Shown in pieces: positions 40,501 through 47,795 of a stretch of DNA of 64,000 nt; position 1 is the first letter of the stretch, and every line of letters starts with the position of its first letter. The stretch is from contig OZ243916.1 in assembly GCA_965213675.1 (NCBI GenBank), positions 1,504,001-1,568,000 on the forward strand, in the 5' to 3' direction. The DNA is from an uncultured Candidatus Binatia bacterium. Lineage in GTDB: Bacteria; Desulfobacterota; Binatia; UBA9968; JAJDTQ01. Made by a program: the position numbers and the translations under genes. The notes beneath the pieces were generated by a model. The model saw nothing but the letters and a program-made list of their open reading frames with translations. It was not told the origin of the DNA and made no database searches.

Positions 40501-43500
40501 GTGTATTGGGTGTCGGACGCCCCGTCTGCCCGCAAGGGCACCTGCAACGACTCGCCGCTGACCAGGGCCCGGCCGAGGGTCACGGTGAAGGCGCCGGTCT
40601 CGGTGGTGCTGCCCTCGGTGGCGGTGGTGTCCGAGGAGGCCAGGGTGACGGTTGTGGAATCGTCGTCGGTGACGGTCACCGAGGCGCTGCCGGCGCTCGA
40701 AGAAACCGAATAGCCCGTGCCGCTGGCCAGGGTGAGCGTGACCGCGCCGTTGGCTTCGTCGACGCCGTCGCTCAAGGTGGGCACCGAGTAAGTTGCCGAG
40801 GTCTCACCTGCGGGAATCACGACGGACTTGCCCGCGCCGAGTTCGGCGCCGGCGACGAAGCTGCCGCTCTGGGCCGCCGACAGATTCACGCGCAGGCTGC
40901 GGGTGGAGGTGGCGGAGCTGCGCACCGTGAACTGCGCCGCCATGCCTTCCACGGCGGCGGCGCCCGCGGTGACCCGGATCTCGGGTGAGCCGGTGCCGTC
41001 GGTGATGGCAAAGCTGCCGCTGCCCGTGCCCCGGGCGCCGCCGTGCAGGTTGCTGCCGGTGCTGGCGTTAAGCGTGCCGAGGCCCACCGACAGCGACTCG
41101 TTGGTCTCCACCAGGGTGTCGCTGGTCGCCCGCAGGATGACGGTCGCCGACGTGGCGCCGCCGCCCGACTGGCCGCTGAAGGTGACCGTCGGCGGGCTGG
41201 TGGCCGGGTTGCTGCTCGTGAGATTCGAATAGCTGACGCCCGCTGGCCTGGAGTTGGGTTCCGCCAGGGTGTAGTCGGTGCCGAAGGCCGCATTGCCGGC
41301 AAAGCCGAGGGGCACCGGCAGGGACTCGTTGCTCACCAAGGCGCGGGGCAGGGTCAGGGTGAGGGTCTTGGTGCCACCCGTCTCCGAAATGTTGCCGGAC
41401 GGGACGGTCAGCGTCACGAGGGTCGCATCGTCGTCGTTGACCGTGACGAGGGCGGCGTTCTGCGTGCCGTGGTTGGTATAGCCAGTGCCTGTCACAAGGG
41501 TGGGGCCAACCCGGGCGGAAGGCTCGTCGGTGACGTCGCTTGTCGTCGTCATGGTGTAGCTGAGGCTGGTCTCGCCGGCTTCGAGCACGAGTTCCTTCTG
41601 ACCCTGGTCAGCCGCAGCAAGGAAGTCGCCGCCGTCGTTGAGGTTGAGCGTAATGGTCAGGTCGCTGTCCGACGGGCGGTTCGCGCTGATCGAGTAGGTC
41701 ACCTGCTCGCCTTCGGTGATGGCGCCGCTGCCGCCCTGGCGGGTCAGGCTGATTACGGGTTCGTCGTCATCGTCGTTGATGTTGAAGCTGACCGAGCCGC
41801 TGCCCGAAGCGCCGGCGTCGAGGCCGGTGCCGGAGTTGGCGTCGAGATTCGGCAACGCGATGGTCACCGACTCCGACGTTCCCTCGTCGCGGTTGTCCGG
41901 GGTGGCGCGCAGGATGAGCGTTGTCGAGGCCGCGGTGGCGCCGCTCGTCGGACCGGTGAAGACGATGGTCGGCGGACTGTTGACCGGGTCGGTGCTGCCT
42001 AGGTTCGCGTAGGTGACGCCGGTCGGTATCGGGCTCGGCGCACTCAGGCTGTAGTCGGTACCGAGCGTGGCGGTGCCGCCCAGGGTGAGCGGCAGGCGCA
42101 GCGTCTCGCCGTTCACGAGTCCGCGGTCGATGCCCACGGAGACGGTTTTCGAGCCGCTGGTCTCGGAGATCGCGCTGCCGGAGCCGGACAGGGTCACGCC
42201 GGTGGCGTCGTCGTCAGTCAACGCCACACTGGCGGACCCGGCGCCACTGGCGATTTGATAGCCGGTGCCGTCGGTGAGCGTGATGGTCAGGGAGCCACTG
42301 GGCTCGTCGTTCGAGTCCGCAATGGTGGCGACGGTGTGAGTAACGGAACTCGTCCCCGAGGCGACGCTGAGGGTCTTGTTGCCGATGGCGCTTGCGTTGA
42401 CGAAGGCGCCGGTCTGGCTCACCGAGAAGCCGATGGTCAGGTCCTGCGCGGCGCTACCGTCGACGCTGATGGTGAAGGCCGCCGCATCCCCCTCGGTGAG
42501 TGCGGACGACGGCCCCTGAATGCTGACTTCCGGTTCGGCGTCGTCGTCGTCGATGGTGACGGTGGCGCTGCCCGAGCCCGAAACGCCGCCGTCGAGGCCG
42601 GTGCCCGAATTGGCATCGAGCGCCGGCAGGGTGAAGCTGACGGTTTCGCCCGCCCCCTCGTCGAAGGCATCCTGCACCGCGGTCAGCGTCAGGGTGGCGC
42701 TGCTGGCGCTCTCGCCGCTGTTGGGGCCGGTGAAGGTGATCGTGGGGGTGGCGTTACCGGCGTCGTAAGTTACGCCGGCGGGCAGGGTGGCGGGTTCGGC
42801 GATGGTGTAATCCGTATCCCGCACCGCGGTGCCGCCGATGGTGAGGGGCAGGCTCAGGGCTTCGCCGGCCACGAGCCCGCGCCCGAGGGTCACGGTGATG
42901 GGCGTTTCGCCCGCGGCTTCGGCGATGTTCCCCGCCCCCGAGGCAAGGGCCACGGTGGTGGCGTCGGTGTCGCGGATGACCACCTGCCCCGATGCGGCGG
43001 CCGAATCGACGCTGTAGTTCGATGACGCCCCGAGGGCAATGCGCACCGAGCCGCTGGGATCGTCGCTGGCGAGTTCATCGGTGGTGATGTCGTAATCCAG
43101 CGTGGTCTGGCCGGCGGGCAGGGTGACGGTCTTGCCCCCGGTGTCGCCGACCGCCACGTAGGCGCCGGTGCGGCTCACCGTCAGCCCGACGTCGATGTCC
43201 GTCTGGGACGCGTTGCTGGCGGTGATGGTGAAGCCCGCGGTATTGCCTTCGGTGACTTCGGCGGTGTCGGCGGCGATACCGATTTCGGGTTTGTCATTCG
43301 CCGAAATGGTGATGTCCACGGAGGACGTCTGCGCGGACCCCGGCGGGCGGATGCCGAAAGGCATCTCGCCGAGGGCGATGGTGAAGGTCTCGTCGTCCTC
43401 GAAGAAGCTGTCGTCGGCGACCGCCACGGTGACGGTGGCGCTGCGTTGATTGGCGAGAATGCGCGCCGTGCCCACCGCCGTGTAGTCGGCGTCCGCCGCG

Positions 43501-45773
43501 CTGCCGTTGGTGTAGATCAGCGGGATGATCTTGGCGCTGGTGGGCGCGGTGCCGCCCTCAAGGCTGACCCGCACCCGGAGACTGCCGCCTTCGGCAACGG
43601 TCGTCGGGGAGACCGACAGCGTGGCCCGGGGTTCGGTGCTCACCGTCGTCGATGGCTGCGCCTGGGCGGTCAGTTCGATGGAGAGATTGCGATACGACTC
43701 GTCTTCCAGTGCTGTGAATTGTCCGTCGACAAACTCGTCGTAGTTCACGCTGGTGGTGTGGACCAGCGTGGTTGTGCCGTCATTGCCGCCATGCTCGATG
43801 CTCACCCACTGCGGCACATTCCAGTTGTTGGTATTGAATTCGAGGCCGGGAAACTGCCCGACTGGATGCGGCCTGACGGTGTTGAGACTCTGGGAGGAGA
43901 TCCGGACGTCGACTTCGGTGTAGCGCTCCTCGTAGTAGCTCCCGAGCTGGTCAACAACCCAGCGCCTTGCCACCGGCTTGGTTTTCAGCCGCACACTGTA
44001 GCGGGCGGGAACGTCTCGCTCCACCTTGACCAGGGGCGGGTCGAAAACGAGGCCGCCACCCGCCAGGTTGTCGGTGACGATGACGGTGACGTCGCCGCCC
44101 CGGGTATTGCCGGGCCAGCCGGTGATGGCGTGGCTGACGGTGACGGTCTCGTTGTCGCTGTTGCCGTCCGGTATTGGCATCACCGTGACGGTCTGCGCCG
44201 TGGACCAGGTGCCGCCGCCGCCCCCGGTGAAGGTGAAGCTCTGTGGCGAGACCATGGCTCCGGGAATTTCCTGGGCGAAGTTCCCAGCGGTGGCGACCGA
44301 GGCGTTGACGGTGACCGTGCGTCCGCTGCCCGGATCGCGGCGCAGTTTCAGCGTGTATTGTCCGCTGCCCGATTCCGCGATGGAGAAACGCGGATTGCTG
44401 AATTCGATGGGATCGGCGTTGGCGCCGACGTTGCGGTACTGCACCAGCACCGAGGGCACGTCGACGCCGTTGTAGTCGGAATCCGCGGAGGTGACCGCAT
44501 GGGTGATGGTCACCGGGTTGCTGGCAAAGCCGCTGGTGCTGCCGAGGGAAAGCGAGACGGTCTGCGGCTTGTTCCAGTCGTTCGGGTTGATCGTTACGCT
44601 AGAACCTGTGGCGATGCTCACCCGGGTGCTGTTGCTGCTCGAGAGCGCGATCGTGACCGGCGCGCTCGGCGGAGTGCCGAGACGCAGGGTGTAGTCGCTG
44701 CGTGTGCCCCGCCCCTGGTTGCGGTAGAACGTGTGGTACTGGCGGCTGACCACCACGCCGGCGCCGTCATCGTCGGTGACGCTCACGCCTACGGCGCCGC
44801 CCTGGGTCGTGCTGCCGAGCCCGCTGATGGCGTGATAGACGAACAGGGACTCGTCGCTGCCGTCGTCGTCCGTCACCGGGGTGACGGTGACGCGCCGGGG
44901 CGTCTGCCAGGAGCCCATGTTGCCGCCGGTGAAGGTGAGGGTGGCCGGTGACACGGTGGCGGCGCCGGGATCGCTTGACGTCACGCTGACCGTCACCGTG
45001 TTGCCGTTGCCCGGATCGTTGTTCAGCGCCGTGCGGTACACGCCGGGGGCGCCGTCTTCGCTGAGCCGCACAGGGATGCCATCGAAATCGAGCGGGTGTG
45101 TTGCGTTGCCGGGGGTAATGGTCAGCGGCGCGGAGATGTCGATCCATTCGCTCTGCACGCTGCTGAGGTGCTCGCTGTACATCTCGCCGTCGTCCGGGTC
45201 GAGATAGGTCAGCAGCTCCCGTTTGACGGTCAGTGCGGCGGCAACGTTGCCGGTCAGGGGCGCATCCGCCCCGGAAACGGTGATGTGCACCGTGCGATGG
45301 CCGTTGCCCGTGCCGACGCCGTGCACGTTCTGGAAGGGGTTGTCGATGGTCGCGGCGGTCACTCGCATCCCCGCCGGCGCACCGACAAGGACGATGGCAT
45401 CGAGGAACTTCTGGGTCGGCTGCCCACCCTGGCCGAAGTATCCCCGGTAGAAGGTATTCGCGGTGATGAGGCTGGATAGCTCGGAGCCGATGAAGGCCGA
45501 GTATTGCGGCTGCAACGTGATCCCTCCACCATCGGCGGAGATCGAGGAGACGTTGATGCTGAGGGAATAGGGTGGAATCGGGTTTTGGCCCACAGCGGCA
45601 GTTGGGAGAACCGCAAGAAGCCAAAGAGCGCACAAGAAGATGACGGCGGGAGTCGCGGCGGACCTAAGGTTTCTGATAAACGGCGGCTCTTCGCCCGGCG
45701 CGGCTGCGGCGCGAGTCAACCACCGGGCCACTAGCAGCCCAATGAAACCGAGACCATCCATTGAAATGACCAT
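25596..45773 (-). CDS. Giant (6725 aa) Calx-beta/Ig-like repeat surface adhesin with C-terminal autotransporter-type beta-barrel
   Basis: Uninterrupted 20-kb ORF with a signal-like segment (LWLLAVLPTAAVG|Q). Dozens of ~110-140 aa beta-sandwich repeats (EG..A.F, D..DE, TI.DDD). C-terminal AWLARFGRTVAEQ, LGADY, PRLEAGVRHDGGDAETGFG and a terminal W. Exact start uncertain. Confidence 0.9.
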   Translation of the reverse strand: MVISMDGLGFIGLLVARWLTRAAAAPGEEPPFIRNLRSAATPAVIFLCALWLLAVLPTAAVGQNPIPPYSLSINVSSISADGGGITLQPQYSAFIGSELSSLITANTFYRGYFGQGGQPTQKFLDAIVLVGAPAGMRVTAATIDNPFQNVHGVGTGNGHRTVHITVSGADAPLTGNVAAALTVKRELLTYLDPDDGEMYSEHLSSVQSEWIDISAPLTITPGNATHPLDFDGIPVRLSEDGAPGVYRTALNNDPGNGNTVTVSVTSSDPGAATVSPATLTFTGGNMGSWQTPRRVTVTPVTDDDGSDESLFVYHAISGLGSTTQGGAVGVSVTDDDGAGVVVSRQYHTFYRNQGRGTRSDYTLRLGTPPSAPVTIALSSSNSTRVSIATGSSVTINPNDWNKPQTVSLSLGSTSGFASNPVTITHAVTSADSDYNGVDVPSVLVQYRNVGANADPIEFSNPRFSIAESGSGQYTLKLRRDPGSGRTVTVNASVATAGNFAQEIPGAMVSPQSFTFTGGGGGTWSTAQTVTVMPIPDGNSDNETVTVSHAITGWPGNTRGGDVTVIVTDNLAGGGLVFDPPLVKVERDVPARYSVRLKTKPVARRWVVDQLGSYYEERYTEVDVRISSQSLNTVRPHPVGQFPGLEFNTNNWNVPQWVSIEHGGNDGTTTLVHTTSVNYDEFVDGQFTALEDESYRNLSIELTAQAQPSTTVSTEPRATLSVSPTTVAEGGSLRVRVSLEGGTAPTSAKIIPLIYTNGSAADADYTAVGTARILANQRSATVTVAVADDSFFEDDETFTIALGEMPFGIRPPGSAQTSSVDITISANDKPEIGIAADTAEVTEGNTAGFTITASNASQTDIDVGLTVSRTGAYVAVGDTGGKTVTLPAGQTTLDYDITTDELASDDPSGSVRIALGASSNYSVDSAAASGQVVIRDTDATTVALASGAGNIAEAAGETPITVTLGRGLVAGEALSLPLTIGGTAVRDTDYTIAEPATLPAGVTYDAGNATPTITFTGPNSGESASSATLTLTAVQDAFDEGAGETVSFTLPALDANSGTGLDGGVSGSGSATVTIDDDDAEPEVSIQGPSSALTEGDAAAFTISVDGSAAQDLTIGFSVSQTGAFVNASAIGNKTLSVASGTSSVTHTVATIADSNDEPSGSLTITLTDGTGYQIASGAGSASVALTDDDATGVTLSGSGSAISETSGSKTVSVGIDRGLVNGETLRLPLTLGGTATLGTDYSLSAPSPIPTGVTYANLGSTDPVNSPPTIVFTGPTSGATAASTTLILRATPDNRDEGTSESVTIALPNLDANSGTGLDAGASGSGSVSFNINDDDDEPVISLTRQGGSGAITEGEQVTYSISANRPSDSDLTITLNLNDGGDFLAAADQGQKELVLEAGETSLSYTMTTTSDVTDEPSARVGPTLVTGTGYTNHGTQNAALVTVNDDDATLVTLTVPSGNISETGGTKTLTLTLPRALVSNESLPVPLGFAGNAAFGTDYTLAEPNSRPAGVSYSNLTSSNPATSPPTVTFSGQSGGGATSATVILRATSDTLVETNESLSVGLGTLNASTGSNLHGGARGTGSGSFAITDGTGSPEIRVTAGAAAVEGMAAQFTVRSSATSTRSLRVNLSAAQSGSFVAGAELGAGKSVVIPAGETSATYSVPTLSDGVDEANGAVTLTLASGTGYSVSSSAGSASVTVTDDDSTTVTLASSDTTATEGSTTETGAFTVTLGRALVSGESLQVPLRADGASDTQYTLALTTATGIALSNNRDLTFTGGTSAALTATVTYQANADGDKNSETVRFSIPGSTSGSPRMTATGLGGGVVGSGSALVVVTDTGESGRGRVEVQPTSLTIAEGGSRTYRMALGTDPGSGATVEITPASDNPDVTISPTSLSFTGGADGNWSTWQRVTVAAAEDADTAADNVTLSHTISGYAGVTSVSNVSVSVTEAGAGFLVSAARVDVVAGQSVDYRIRLTSQPAGNVVLDLTSGDTTIATVPSSVTIPSANWQSGVAVTVTGVAAGAASISHAHATTTDSGYASATLPGDLAVNVFAAAPPVITVESNANANGVTEGVDASFTINASPAPASDLVVSFTVEQNGDFATGALPTSVTISTTDTGSALVLIPTTQDTTDEPDGSFILTLQPGAGYSLGGDSSATVPVTDNDLTTVKLSTGSTRIAETGGGQTFIVQLDRSLVAGESVSAPLSLGGTASLGTDYRLHPLAGSSGIRYEGLATASPTVVFTGGPNSSVLATVTVRAVSDLVDDDDETVIVTLGTPTSTGLGGGASSAGATPATFRIVDDDGDTQPTVSIAPDSGVTEGTPASFTVSVSPALAADANNLTVNLNVGQMGDYVASGDRGMKQVTINAGSGMATYNVPTAPDSQDEAAGSVTVNVDPGSGYQVSGSSASASVAVADNDNTDVTLSAAAGNISEASGAKEIKLTLGRALVSGETLTQRLTFGGTATFGADYTLAAPSPLPSGVSFSNLGSSNLSASPPTVVFTGGTGASRVATLTLTATQDTTVEAAGETITVSRGTTAQTGLGGVAGGGSVASFRIVDDDSAAAVPELSITAGSGVTEGGNAAFTIDSTQAAPSSGLRVTYTLSQQGEFVASAAVGSGKTVTIPAGQSSVIHRIATTADSMDEAKGSLTVSLASGTGYTVSTSAGVASLEVEDNDPTGVALSASSSAIPETGGVKRVTLTLGRALVSGEVLAVPITLSGAAGASDYSLGQPASPPAGVTYALSGNAPRITFNGSNGAPRRATFTLSATSDLVDEGEAESVTIGLGSPTASGTGLAGGASGSGSATFDITDDDGTPVIRIEGGNRVAEGSNAVFMLKASPAPQQALTINLNVTDDSVADFVASGNQGNQTVQIPAHTTTKTYEVATVNDSNDEPRGEVTVTVASGTGYTPAQSAASDTVRVSDNDRTTVTLSLPDSTATESSASDTATVRLALPRALVSGESVSAALSFRGGRIGREFSLSPPSPLPSGVAYDLAASPPTVTFNGGAGASSAATILVSALADTDETDGSVNVRLGTIAPTGLDGGAGGTGSGSIQLTDAGAQPAVDVDMDSLSVNEGATVSYRVKLHTNPGSGTVTVTPQSGDSTRLTVPGALSFNTGNWSNWQPVNLTSLADADLTDDDVTVTHTVSGYGSVTTAPSVTVSIIDGGAGVTVNPTALSVNEGANGSYSVRLNSRPSASVTITPTSGDTVTATVGNAVTFAPAEWSSAKSIQVSGVNGGQARISHSVSSTDTAYAAVTPSPVDVTVTGTARVRVSALAITAVEHGAAGTYDVWLNTDPGAAVTVTPQTTSSAIALSAALSFNSSNFRVPQRVTVTANTDSNTTSESATITHAVSGYSGVNQGPVVAVTVQDAGSRILVSPTSLTVKEGTSTSYTLTSTTEPTSNVTVTPTGLGGRITVSPSPVTFGPGRGLTQQVTVQGVAAGSVTLNHRIAASNPNSSFWRVSVPSVSVRVTPADAVIVSPINLAASEGGTATYYVELASDPGGAVTVTPASSDTGAATVSGAVSFNSSNWDAPRSVTVTAVQDDDGNHENVTISHQVSGYTGVSSAPSVTLFVGDDEFRPTASVQAGTGGNRTEGQAVTFDFSAPDITSDVTLHYNVSATGGYVASGDLGAKTLTVPAGGATPGAASISVATLADSIDEPAGTVTVTLSNHADYTVSATAGSATRIVDDNDRGSATLAAPAGNIAEDGGSKTLTLTLNRALVAGESVALKLAFSGKASLGTDFILAAPSAAPSGVSYALEGATPTVTFTGSSAASATVILNAEDDSRHEGTGESVSVSLSEIQSADISGLGGGMSVSGSRAFTILDDDKLGLPQASITPSSNNTVAEGGFANFTITMNRAPAKRISVQVTLSDAPDSDFLSATLEVPYDLTMAAGRTTATLPILTNGDSVDEPSGAIRARVTGGGESAGYDPGTPNVAEVTIIDNDRSSVTLETPDASAMEGDSSDTASISLTLNRGLASGESLKVPLRFSGGVPGTDFTLACPSPLPTGIACADLGNANAAVTFTGPAAGVTATSVTLTLTVSNDQDANHERVTVSIPASTNGNPGLTASGLDGGVRGARTGSGQIALIDDDTPPPPNVSLSVNNSGAVTEGGTLTVTAEVSAAPSGQLIRIPVQRLAASSTAEAGDYTLAANITIASGATTGTATLTARRDNDDEITETLRIELGSPPDGYINSADSGIDINITDDTATDVTLTTPDTNAAEADANDTAEIRITLGRGLEGSESLIVPLQFSGGTLGTDFNLALSGTPAGVTFDSATGELTFAGPTTSATVASVLLTAAVDDNAGDDIVTVSIPTSSSAGTPRLTATNLDGGAAGGRTGNGRITLKDAGLNVRTVGWAATTLTTTETAAAGTVNVALSSADTAALTFRVCLTDGTATLGSDYQGVITAADRCTGAGGNADFTIAASDTTESVSFKSVVDTVDEPDETYSATITLPTPVAGLGISPATMDVTIRDDDPTLVSLARTGSGAINEGGMVEFTVTLGRALVTGETIDVPLPIGGTGVNTGDWSMAKKAGANTGITLLDTNSATPTVRFSGAGAQTATLELASIADGIGEGSGETYAIALGSNTQFDNDADTNVGGGADPHGTNNRFTVLVNDPRSIGWSATALSINETDAGQTTGSVNASLSTGNGPVTFRVCLADGSASRGASADYRGFGTSSNAACTGSGGSNADLEIASGQSSKAVTFTVNGDTTDEPDETFTATLSLPSAVTGLSLDTSKTTVTATIVDDDPTVVSLARVGSGAIYEAGKAEFTVTLGRALVAGEIIDVPLSTSGTNITTGDWNLAKKAGAANTGVSLSNVTGQNPNVRFTGAGARVATLELTATVDGTTESGGETLTLALGPDGSGANGFDRSTLATNVGGGADPHGSNNSFNLTINDGRTIGWQTTAVTVNESSNAVNLNAELSEGTGPVSFRVCLAGESATFGDDFTGVVRSTSRCTGSGGNNADPSIGSGASSKQVSPGIDQSVLDEPRETFTATLSLPSAIAGLSVDSAKSTATVTIVDKDPTLVTLSAPTGSVSENGGTKTLTLGLGRALVSPEVLTVPLNFGGVANRNSEYTVACASAQGVQCNNLNSGNASVTFTGGANASATATLTITGIEDNVEEGSESVTVSLGTLDANSGTNLDGGASGSGLSSGSVDFNLSEIPTIAFERDNYEVTEGGTLDVVLVLSQELEGWVIGVFDYEYESAGRRDTQFDSEIFSWFEPGQTRLSVSVPISQDDHYERDETFRLEVRYAREYTTRGGSNVRTNIHGTKLHGPPPATTTITIRDDEEAQAGVTVRPVSLPVTEGGQPQDYRLVLNRAPAANVTVIATSQNERRAQVHSGQDAPARQTTLTFTPGNWNEPQPVSVTAMQDSDTHDHVVRIDHEVRGTGEYANVTAEQMVVVITDDDTEVQPLISIYPDSGRAITEGSTARFRVIATPAPSGSIDVNVTVAESGDFADSGQTGARTVTIGNGGRTGFLHVTTDNDSDDEANGTITATVDPGNGYDPDAVFDSASITVQDNDDATRPEASFTASSSTAGEGAGTRNIQVDFDPALTTGITLRYDVSGNATGGGNDYSISGAGSLQVSAGASSASIPVSIIDDSRDEPNETVRLSLTSGSGSGYQLGGQTVHTLTITDNDDPPPATPVVSISGSGTITEGGTATFNLSATPAPQSQITVNIDVVDSGSFANSGQSGSRQVTIGTGGSGTLTVTTDNDTTDEPDGSLTATIASGQGYSPSSSSGSASIAVNDDDLPPPTPAVSISGGGAITEGGTATFTLSASPAPQGSISVNVDVTQSGNFARGGQTGTRRITIGGSGTATFSVTTNNDSTDEPNGSISAAVRSGTGYTVHSQSGSYSVTVNDDDEPLPQISISRDAASVGEGQAASFTLSASPTPTADLVVHLDISQRGDFAAEGTTGEKTVTFSANTATATHTVATVDDDSDERDGTVTARVVSRSHYRVASTNEASVSVTDDDVPVPEIRVTSEQATRPAFPNSPDFEGTTLKFTLHADVAPEADLEVTVQVAEPGNAFVNSADAGTRQVTIPARQEQATLSVRTIDDSIEEDPSSATVTTTVQSGTGYTVAAAPRNEAEATIHDNDGLPTLSISDGSAEEGDEVYFQVTLSKPVAHKVSFTYSTESGTLDGQNYGNARQSEDYPFTSNNATIYPGSERFEIWIPTFDDAHDEGDETFTVILYYPENATIDDGEGTGTIKNSDPLPDAWLARFGRTVAEQALDGITARMEASRTPGLQGRVGGHALGGREVAGSGQEPVTAAPGTGSYARPTGNRAGPVPDPGTLGYGPGVPGPHGAGRMMRGRELLAGSAFTLTGDPDAKDGAVAFWGRGAYTRFDGKEKALSLDGEVTAAMLGADYARDRWLLGLALVQGWGDGGYNDPGTGSGKLDSTLTAAIPYGAVQATERLKLWGAAGYGQGRVTYEPEENFTGAQLGSALKADTGWRLAATGLRGDLPAPSFASGLAWAVVSDGMWVRTTSDRNGELAASEADVTRFRLGLKGSWTLAPGTLESSSAWGGGALTPRLEAGVRHDGGDAETGFGIELGGGVTWIVPRYGLDIDVRGRTLLSHEADGRRDRGFSGAVAYDPDPASQRGLSFTLRHELGGQASGGLDALFDAESIGERPGSELMPRWTAEAAWGLPAFSGLYTGSPHVGYGLAPNGREYTLGWRLEPAPNGPDFSLGIKTTRRDSDHAPAEHRFGLEIRTRW

Positions 45774-46045
45774 CCGGGAAAAAACCCATCCTGTACGAAC
45801 CGCTACCCGTCTCTCCCCCCCCCCGCAAATCTTCTTGTCGCTTGGTTATCAACACCTTGGACTCAAGGGAAACAATTGAATACATCACACAAGATACATG
45901 TTGTCAACAGGCTTTGCCCAAGGGATTCGGAAAAGTCAACCACTTTCACAAACGTCCCATCCAGGCGTCGCTTCCCTCGAAGGCGACGACCTGCGCGTAG
46001 GCGAAGGAACCTGGGGATCGAACTTGGAAATCTATCCGACGTGAG

Positions 46046-47542
<1,497 letters not shown>

Positions 47543-47714
47543 GGCAATCCGGAGACTTCTCTTGGGAACGTCCCCTTACTCTCAAGTCATTCTCTCAAGT
47601 CATTCTCAGGTCGTTGAGGAAACTCTGACGTTTGGGTTACAGGAACCATTCCGTGCGTTGGGGTGGCTTCCCGACGAACCGGACAGGCTCCCAGAAGCTT
47701 GCGCCGCAGGAATT

Positions 47715-47758
47715 CGCGAAAGCTTGCCCTCGACCCCGATCAGGGGCGGGAAGCCAGG
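47715..47758 (+). repeat. Single degenerate loop-expanded REP unit between gltB and gltD
   Basis: CGCGAAAGCTTGCCCTCGACCCCGATCAGGGGCGGGAAGCCAGG matches the units at about 17.69 kb and 21.51 kb. Confidence 0.7.
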
Positions 47759-47795
47759 CGGAGCGTCTTTCAGCTTCTGCAACATCGGGGTGAAC

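Noticed and set aside
25596-45773. Diversity-generating retroelement acting on the adhesin
   Set aside because: No reverse transcriptase and no TR/VR pair with adenine-specific mismatches were seen in the window.
45962-45993. Hairpin downstream of gltD as an intrinsic terminator
   Set aside because: A stem exists, but there is no adjacent U-tract on the minus strand.
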